Shown in pieces: positions 54,646-64,000 of a DNA stretch of 64,000 nucleotides. Made by a program: the position numbers and the translations under genes. This stretch comes from Azolla caroliniana (Eukaryota > Plantae > Polypodiophyta). How positions within the stretch are numbered: the stretch's first letter is position 1; the number at the start of each line of letters is the position of its first letter. The stretch lies in assembly GCA_043228905.1 (NCBI GenBank), contig JBHGNT010000034.1, forward strand, positions 124,001 to 188,000. Reading direction: 5' to 3'. The notes beneath the pieces were generated by a model, which saw only the letters and a program-made list of their open reading frames with translations, made no database searches and was not told the origin of the DNA.

Positions 54646-56204
54646 GAGAGAGAGAGAGAGAGAGAGAATGAAAGATGACTGGTTTTTTTATCTTTCTCTG
54701 TCAGTGTAGATGAGCTTGTAGATGTATTATAGACATGTTTTGTTGCAACGTCTAGAGTAACCTACCTGGTAATAATGAATAAGAAATTATATGTGAAGAA
54801 GCTTCACTATGTGATGCCTTCATTAGGGTCGTATTTGCAAACCAATGAAACATCAGCGAGGTAAGTAAGGCATGCTAACAAAATATAATACAATAGATAT
54901 TCTTATTTCTTGAAATACAATCGCAAATAAACAAAGTTGCAACAAATAACACTTGGATCTTAATTCAAGGCCAATTATAATGAATGTTATAAAAAGGCTC
55001 TCAATAACTCTCCCCTGTGAATGTTATAAGAAATACATTTGAGACATCCAAGACAAAGAAACACCCTTAACCAAATTTTCTGTTGAGATTTGTTCCCCAC
55101 TCTCTTGCTCCAAAAAGGCCAGTTTTTAGGACACCATTTCCACCTCTGTTTTCCTAGCTAGACCATCATGAGACAAGAAACTCAAATATCTTTTGTCATA
55201 CCTTTGTCAAGGGCCAGGAATTTTAATTCCCTCAAATAGTGTATAGGACGTTTCAGCACAGAATTAGTTATAATTACCAACAAGAGGACAAAAGCCAGTT
55301 TAACAAATTCTTATGACCAACAAGCCAGGCTTCATGCCATTCTAAAATGACCAACAAGCATACCGATACTGAACCAGCCAATCGTGACTATGCAGGAAGT
55401 CAGAACTATCTGATCAGCAAATACTAATATTTATAATCACCAATTTACAAAATGAGTGATTGAACAGCGTGATGCAAGCCCAATAAATGTAGGCCAATCC
55501 ACCTGATACTCCAACATCAACTATACTAAATTATCAACCACCATCAGTTCTTCTATCCCTAATGGGAAATTTGTCCTAAATCATCAAAGATAACTATAGC
55601 TGTAATGATATGAAGAGGTCATGTTTAACGTCTTTGATAATGCTGGTTTCAAGATACACCAGAAGGGGAAAAACATTTCACTATATAGACATTAAAGAAC
55701 AAGGAAAACCATGAACTTAGTTAAAATTGCTAAATTGCTACAAATATGAACTATCATCTAAATATCAAACCCTCAACACCAAGTAACTTGAACTTGAATG
55801 TTCCAGTTTACTCTAAACAATCATCTATATTAATACCCTAAATTGTGAGGAAAGCTCAAGTACCCTATTATTTAAGAATATACAATTTCTAGATTCCAGC
55901 TCACATGGGTCATAATAAGCTTTACCCAGTTCTATTGCTGCTTTACATCATGCATCACTGCATCTAGGGCCCAATATCACAAAAAGACTAAATAAACAGA
56001 ATAGCTAGCCTAAGTATATAGATAGATACCTTAATGTTCCTGCCGGACCTCAACTACTGCATGAAGCTAGATACTCTATTAAGGAATGCCTATGCCGCAT
56101 TACTAATATTATTTTCGTCTATGCCTTCAAAAATGTTTGGATCTTGTTGGCCACTGATGCATTTTTAATTTAAATCCCTCCTGCCAAGTGCTGGCTTGAG
56201 CAGC

Positions 56205-59200
56205 TCATGTTGCTGTTTTGTTTGACATGCATGACAAATGCATTTTTGGTCTCCATTCTGTTTGATGTTTGTGGAATCCACTCTTCAATTCATGTGCAGA
56301 ATCTTTCATCTTATGACTCTCCAAGTGTTTCTTGGTGGAAGTGGATAATGAAACTGCATTTTTTTCATCCTTTAAACCAGTTACATTCAGAGAGATAACA
56401 GGGTGTGAACTATCTGACACAGGTAGTTCTGTTTTACCTACTGATCCAGCCTCAATGTTGGATTTTGCTGGAGAGTACACCATGACACAGCCCCTGGAGT
56501 TTTTGGGTGCATTATTCTGCTTTAAAGTCTTTGGCATGAATACTTTACAACCCAGATTAGTTTCATTCTGTTGCTTGACTTTCCATTTCCTAGGCATGGT
56601 ATTGGGCACTTTTAATATCCCCTCTCCAGAAAATCTGTTACACGTGCCTTTTTGTTCTTGTTCACGCACTTTGACAGGATTCTTTAAATGTTTCCAACTT
56701 TTACTGGATTCAAGTACAGCAGAACTAGGTTTTTTCTGCACTATTCTTTGCTCACATCCGCCTTTCTTCTGGTTCTTTAAGTCTTCTTGACTTTTACTAG
56801 GTCTCACAATGATATCATTGAAACCAGCTACAAAAGCAGCAAATTCATGAATCTTATTTTCCATTTGATTTTCAGAGTGCTCTTGGCTTTTACCAGGTTT
56901 GGCTATTTTGTCCTGACAGATGCTGGCAGCAGTTTTCAGGACTGCCTTTGCATTACCTGTACACAAAGAACTATCTGTTTTATAAGCCAGCAATTTGACG
57001 TCTTTCTCCTCACTTTCAGCACCAGTAATCTTACTCTCTGCCTCGCTCAAGAACATTTCTTCATAAATCTCTTCTGGATTTTCAATATCCACGTTAATTT
57101 CTAAAATATCTGTTTGTGGCAAAATGATTTCAGTGGAGGATTCTGCCATCGAGGGAATGTCTGTCCCATGTATGTCAACATGGTTATGGTTCAAAAGCTT
57201 CTGCACTTTTGGTAGGAAGATTTTCTTGCTCTGTGTAATTCGTATAGAATACCGTTCGGAGCTTTGTTTCCCATTATCGGTCTCCAGACTAGACAGTAGC
57301 TCTGACCCTTTGAGATCCTTAAAAGTACATTTTCCTTCTTTTCCAGAATCTTTTCTTGTATTTTTGCTTTGCCCCTCACTTTTTATCAATTGTTCTGATG
57401 CAGTTTTATGGAAATCATTTGTTCCAGTTTTATGGACCTTTTTCCACTTCATATTCCTAGCTTGGTTATCAGGAACCAACAAACCTGAAGACTTTGTGCT
57501 GTGGAAACCACTAGGCATAGCTGATTGAGCATTCTTAGCTAAGGCAGTGTTTTCCACTGACCTTACAGATAGTGCACCTGCTGTTCCTGGTGTAGTACCA
57601 CACTCTTCCTTAGCTTTTTTACTGTGTAAATGACCAGGCACTGACAATTGACTATCCTCAGACAGAGCAGTGTTTTTCAATGCTCTTTCACCTGACATAC
57701 GTGATGTAGAACCACAAGCTTCCTTCAACTTTGTAATGTGCAATCGACTAGGCTTAGATGAATTTTTTTCCTTAGCAAAGCTCATAGATTTCACTGCTCT
57801 TTCAGGCAGTGTACCTAATGTTCCTGGAGTAGATCCACAAGTGTCATTATATGTTTTACTGTCTTCAAATAAGGTAATATCATCAACTGTTTTTTTAGCG
57901 AGTGTACATGTTGTTGCTGACGTAGAGCCATAAGCTTCCTTTAAAGACTTGCCTGATGAAACACCATTATTCCAACAACTAGTTGATTGAGGTATTAGAA
58001 CTTCAGTACTAGAGTTCTGTATATTAGAAAGATCATCACTATTATTGTTCTTAATCCTATTTTTTATAGCCTTTTTTACTTTTGGCACAAATATTGTATG
58101 GCCCATTTGAGACTTCACAGTAAATTGTTTGCACCGTCGCCTAATACTGCCATTTCCATCCGAGACACCAGTCCCCCTTGGTTTCCATTGCTTTAAGCAT
58201 TTGTCCAAAGCATCATTCTTCTTTTGTCCAAAATCATTCATGGCATAATGTGAAGATTCCTGGATCTTAGCATTCTCAACTGCATCATTGTAGGATACAA
58301 AGCCAACTCTATCATGAAAACAGTTCATTTCCCTGACAGTTTTGTCTTTTGGGTCCTCAGACTGGGCATCCGATTTTGAGCTGGCGGATGAGGCAGGATA
58401 CAGCCAATCAGTAGAAGAAATAGATGAATTTCTAGCACTAGCATTAAAACTTTCTAGTTTAGATGGGATCCTACATGAGTCTTTGTCCTCCGCTGAAGAA
58501 TCCAATGCTGACATAATGGAAGGTAACACTGGCAGATGAGATTCTACAGTTTCTAATGCTGCAGAACATGGCTTCTTTTTTAAGGATACTACGTTCTTGG
58601 AGCTTACTTCTCCAACTGGGGTATGCATATCATCTGGTTGAGGTAGATCAATGTTGTTAGAGGTTGGTAGCTTATGGATATCTGCAGCATCATTTATTAT
58701 GGTTTCACCTTCAGCAATCTTACCCGGGACCGCTCGTGATCTTCTCTGTGCATGGTCATCATTTGAATTAAGTGACACTACTGCTGATTCAGTCACACTA
58801 TCTTGACTTTCTTCATGGAAATTGTTAATGATTACTTCATGACGAGACGCTTTTGTCAAAAATGTAACTCTCTTCTCTGGCAATGGCATAAAAGTGGATG
58901 ACTTTGCAGAAAATCCTTTACCACTTTGATCTGTAGTCTTCCTTCTCCCTGCCTTCTTTTGCATGCCATAATTAGATAAAGGAGGCCTTGTTCCGAAGGC
59001 AGACGAAATCATTGGGGGCATTTCAACCTCACCACAGTGGAAGTCTTTATCCCTGAAATTCCGATATGCCCAATGATCCTCACGAGTGTCATGTGCATAT
59101 GGTGCAAACGCAGGTTGTTCAACAAAGAAGGGAACAGATACTTGTGACCCTCCATCCAGTATCCCATGTCCAGGGACAAAAAAATGCTCAATTTGTCCAA

Positions 59201-60783
59201 ATTGCAAAGGGAACTGCCCGTACATAACGGGCCTGCCATAATTCTCCGGGAATCCTGAGTAAGGAAAGTAGCCTCCATAAAAACCAGGATGTTCATACAT
59301 GTGGATGAAGACTATCTCCTTATCTTTCGCACCACTGTAAATTGGCATGCCTGTCATACTGTAAGATCCGTCAAGCTGGGGAAAAGGAGCCCCAGGTCCA
59401 CAAGGCATCCCTTGAGTGCCTGAAAGAGGAACACCAGGCCCTAATAATGGAGAGCGATTACTGTCATCATCAGCGGAGGCACTACAGCCTGGGTGTGGTT
59501 TGGCGTCTCCTCTTTTCCCTCCATCATTGCCTGTAGGAATAAATCATCCAATAAATAAGTGAAACATCAAAATGATTTAGATTATGTAAGAGCAGAAAGA
59601 CTCACTTGAATCTAGTGGTGGATCTGAAACTTGTTCATTTCTTTGCACCAATGTATTGACAGGACTAGAAGAATATGCCTGAGATTTTGAGGAGTCTTCC
59701 AACTGCACTCCTCAGAGAAGGACTATACATGAGAACAATTTTGGACTGGAAAATGGGCTGCACTTAACAGAAAACATCTTTAACATAGCCACACTCCAAT
59801 GGGTTAGGCATAGCTGTACAAATCCATACCTTTTTTGTGCTGTCCAAACCATCTCCAGTATTTTCTGCACCCGAGGTTGACTGAATCAGGTGCTTCACAT
59901 TCTTAATTAAGCATCCTGATTCACTGTCTGAAGTGGATCTAGGATACACCTTTATACCATCATCCCAAGATTCAGAACTTACGGAATTGAAAGATATGTT
60001 GCTGGCAACATCAGATCCATTAATACCAGCAGAAGAAGGGGGTGAGATATAGCTCTCAGTCGACGAGTGGCAGGTGGACTTCTCAACCACACATCTCTCT
60101 CCTTCCTTCTTTGAAGCCACAATACCTTCTGCCTTTGCACCCATCCCATTTTTACCAATGTTTCCACTAACACAAGCCAATCGACTTGTACTGCCCCAAC
60201 TAAATGTGCCCCTGCGATGTCAAACATCGCTGAAAATGTAAACAATGTATCTCGACAATAAAATCTAAAAAGTTACAGATATTACAAAGGTTTGAGAAAG
60301 AATACGTGTTTGAAAATGTAAACAAAATATCTTACCATTATCAATAAAAGTTATAATTACTACGAAAACGAATATTAAGAAGATTTTGAGGGAGAAGACT
60401 CAGATAAATAACATACTTTGGCACAATATTCACTTCTGGTACCAGTCCTTGATTCTCCAACCTACAGCAAATTCCATATTAAGTGTAAAACAAACCCAAA
60501 TTCGTTCTTATGAAAAAACAAAGGATCTATCAAATTTCACCTTTGACTGGGCAAATTGATGGGTTTGGGGGCAGTTGGAATTCTGCCGAGCAGTGTCATA
60601 CCCCTCCTAACTGAACCCACTCTGCAAAAGAAAAGAAAGCATATTTCAAATGGTAAGTTTAGGTCGCGTGAGCTTTTTCCATCCTTATCTTCCTAGGTCT
60701 ATAATGAGCTAGTGCTGCTACTTCTATACTATGTTATTCTCTTTGGGTGGAGCAGAGGATCACCTTCTTTCAGTGGCAGCCAT
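56205..60783 (-). CDS. MOS1: MODIFIER OF SNC1 1-like / BAT2-PRRC2 family protein, divergent, 6 exons, ~1316 aa
   Basis: Exons 60783-60764, 60621-60541, 60461-60417, 60211-59830, 59702-59606, 59530-56205, GT-AG, in phase (3951 nt). The spliced N-terminus MAATERRVGSVRRGMTLLGRIPTAPKPINLPSQRLENQGLVPEVNIVPKGTFSWGS matches the plant MOS1 BAT2_N signature. The rest is Ser/Lys-rich. Confidence 0.8.
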
Positions 60784-62363
60784 CGGGTGTACGCGCTAAT
60801 AGAAAAAATACTCCTGTTTAAGTGGAGCAGTTGTGAATCATGAAACCTGGGGCTTATGCATTCACCATAACATTTTATTGAGGCAGCGTACATTAGGCAA
60901 ATCTAATGAAGAAGACTATATTCCATTTTTTCGAGTACACTAAAGAAAAAGAAAAGAAAAAGGTTTACATGGATGCACTAAAATGAAGAGTTGGTTGTGA
61001 ACGCTGTCAGCCTGTCTCCGTTTCTGCTATGGCGAGGAACTGCAGGAGCTAGAGCATCGTCCGGCTTCTTGTGCTGCTACAGACAAGATCCTACATCCCT
61101 CCTCGGCAAAAGATAGTAGTAGAGTGGCATTGCCTTTCTCTTAGCGGGGGAGGTAAGACAGAGAGATGGAATGAATTGGGAGGGTGTAGGGTTTTAGGGC
61201 TCCAGCCTCCAATCCAACGAGAAGAAGTTGTTTCTTTGAAATAGCAGGGGAGGGGAGGGAGGGTTTTAGCACATTTTTGTTGTTAGAAGGACAAGTCTTA
61301 AAAAGAGTTCAAGTCTTAAAAAGGAGAGCGAGCCAGAGATGGAATGGATGTTAATCTTAATATGTATGTATGTATAGTCATGATTCACGAAACCTCATAT
61401 CCCACTCGTTGCAACTTGCGAGATGTCCATAGAATGAGCTGCTCTTTGATGACCGACAAGTACCCTTGAACTTGCATACATAATGCCTTAGTTGACAATG
61501 ACCTTTGGTCGTGAACCTAGTTGGATTAAGTCGGTATTGCATATGAGAGTTGTAAAAACAACAACAACAATTATTGACTCACACTCAAGAAGATGCCCTA
61601 CTCGCTCGCATGACAAAAAGTTATAATATTGTCATCTTGGTCTTAAAGATTTTGGTGCTCCATTTTAGATAGTTTCAACAAGTATAAGCAAATGTGGATG
61701 ACAATACCTTATGAAGAGATAAAAATTACATTGCCCTTTTTCCAATTGCATCTTTAATGTTGAGTTTTTATTATTCCATTTGAACGAAAGACCATATATC
61801 TCATTTAGAAATGATTTGCCCACCACAAGGTTGTTGATTGCGAATAAATTATAAGCCAATGCATTCAACCTAATGGCTAGATAAGTACCCCACATTTCAT
61901 GTACATTGTTTGTCGTATTGCACACACTAAGGGCATAACAAAGTGTTGCTTTTTCATGTTCGTTCTTACCATTGATTCAATAACAATTTACCAATCTTGA
62001 CATGCATTTATTCCATAAAAATGTCAGAATGAAGGCCCAAATTTTCCTATAGTTATAAATATTCCCATATTTATTTAAAACTCTCATGGGAAATTCCTTT
62101 TGGTGCAAATATGAAGAGAAGAGCCCTCTCTTATCAATCTATGTATCTACTTTTTATAAATATAGTCTCTCTTTTTTTCTTTTTTATCGTAATTAGCTTA
62201 CCCAAGTGGTAAGTTGTTACACTACAATTACTACGTCTTGGGTTCAAAACCAATTTTCTCACCTCTCTTATGTTACTTCATACATATCTCTCAATTCACT
62301 AGATACCACCCTAGAATTTAGGGGTTCAATCCACCACCTCCTGGCCATTAGGCAACCTTACTA

Positions 62364-62366
<3 letters not shown>

Positions 62367-62416
<50 letters not shown>
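62367..62416. repeat. (CT)n microsatellite
   Basis: Direct reading. Confidence 0.95.
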
Positions 62417-62419
<3 letters not shown>

Positions 62420-62578
62420 GGCATCTCTTTCTCTTCATTTCCCATCCTTTTTCATGCATAATTGCTCTAAATTCCCCTTTGCTTGGTTAGCTACTTTTTC
62501 GTTGATTTTTGACACCACTTTGCCACCAAAATTTCGATTTCCGACATTGGTTTGTTGCATATGGTATTCTATTATGAA

Positions 62579-63260
62579 TATTGCGGAATATGAAGCCGGC
62601 CACAACCGGTCAACACGTGCAAATGAGAGACGCAGAGATCAAGACAATCAGACACAAGAAAAGAAAGTATAGAGACACAAGATCTTTTCATGTGGAAAAC
62701 CCTAAAAGGGAAAAACTATGGGAGTCCACAAACTCCGAGTAATTACTATAGTGGGAGGAATATACAACAAGAAACTCCAAGGCAACAACCTTGAGTTCGT
62801 CTTCATCCACAGACGGCTACAAGAGTTACAACTCTCTTTCTCTCTCTCCTACACACTAGTTACACTCACTAATCCTACTACAACTCTCTCATAATGATTT
62901 GCCCTAGATGTATTTATACTAATACATACTATGGACTATTTACAAATATAACGAGTTGTAGGCGCACCAAAACATATTTACAAATATGATCACTTTCAGA
63001 TACCTCTCCATATCCGACCAAATGTCTTCCAGCCAGTCCTGCTCCGGATCTGGTCTCTTGTCCAGGTCTCTCCTTCAAACCCATCTGATCCAGTTCTCGT
63101 TTTACACCAGGTTCTCATTCTTCAAACTCCAATCCAGCTCGTACTCTCTTCCCATCCAGAGGGACCTATTTCCTAATAAACCCCCCTTTCACTCTAGTAT
63201 GGGGTACTTTGTTAGTCTGACCCTTTGCCAACACGTGTTCAACTTCTCTACCAACAACAC
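62579..63260 (-). mobile_element. Probable degenerate copia-type LTR remnant
   Basis: LTR-like content (gtggaaaaccct...gggaaaaac, reverse TATA gtatttatac, end ...ccaaca). No TSD found; boundaries uncertain. Confidence 0.4.
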
Positions 63261-63357
63261 ATTCGTTAGCATATCCGATCCGTTTTCCTCCGTGTGGATC
63301 TTTACCAGAGCAAAATCTTTTTCTTCTACCCTCTCCTTAATGTTGTAGAGACAAGGC

Positions 63358-64000
63358 CGTCAATGCGGAAGATCTAGAAGCATTCGATTCTGGTTGAAAC
63401 CTGCGTATGACAGTTTCCAAGATCGTGCACAGAGAGAGAGAGAGAGAGACACACACACAAAAGAGTCTTTCTATTCAATAGAAACAATAATACAACCAAC
63501 CTTTCAAAAGAGGTTACAATGTCACTTTATATAGTGACCGACTTAGGGCAACTACCATTTATGCTAATTACACAAATGGCCCAAACTTAAGCTATACAAA
63601 GGGATAGTGTGAATACGTCCATTATACACTTGTATTCGACACTCCCCCGTAATGGGCGTATACATGGGTTATCTAAGATTACAGGTATAAACCTATGTTC
63701 TCGGACATATCAGTTTTGTTCGAGTCGGCAGGGTCCGAAGGCAGAAGACCGGACTAGTCGGGTCGGAAGAGTTGAAGCCGATCATTAAGGAACTGATGTC
63801 GGTTGTCGGAAACCATCCTGCGCTGTGTCCGGCTCTAACCGGACTGGTTTGTCGTTACGCCCATCTGATGCCGAAGAGACCGAAAGCGGTCTGCCGAAAG
63901 ACACTTGGTCATTCCATCTGCGACATTGTCGGTTGTGGATATTTTCTCTAGACCGATTTTCCCTGAAATGACGCAGTCCCGAACGAAGTGATATCGAACG
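63358..64000 (-). mobile_element. 3' end of a third Ty1/copia element, running off the window
   Basis: Minus strand encodes VRYHFVRDCV...KISTTDNVADGMTKCL...* (RNase H end, stop at 63835), PPT (ctccccc at 63642), then an LTR of ~284 bp starting TGTCGAATAC at 63641. Confidence 0.85.

Noticed and set aside
62194-62345. tRNA-like A/B boxes (gtggtaag...gggttcaaaacc), possible tRNA or SINE
   Set aside because: No cloverleaf can be folded and the boundaries are undefined.

Overview
Eukaryotic nuclear DNA from a land plant with flagellated sperm, most likely a fern (inferred from an intact CFAP45 gene plus a fern-style PLS-class PPR gene). I assembled seven protein-coding genes by hand from splice sites: a calcium-dependent protein kinase, a PLS-E PPR protein, TFIIF beta, CFAP45, AP-4 epsilon, plastid ribosomal protein L29 and a divergent MOS1/PRRC2-like gene. 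Between and inside them lie two full-length Ty1/copia elements with LTRs, PBS, PPT and TSDs, the 3' end of a third copia, a solo LTR, a 5'-truncated RTE/RTEX-like LINE, several L1 fragments, two Mutator-like TIR elements in promoters, a PPR pseudogene, a decayed tRNA-Leu and several short tandem duplications. I see no clearly new multi-gene system. The best leads are: a copia with a duplicated polypurine tract and a ~160-aa Pol tail; an intronic copia with TG...TA ends whose proteins look grass-like (possible horizontal transfer); a MOS1-like gene that keeps only the BAT2 N-terminus; and a local templated copy preserving a pre-insertion site. All family assignments come from motif recognition; no database search was run.
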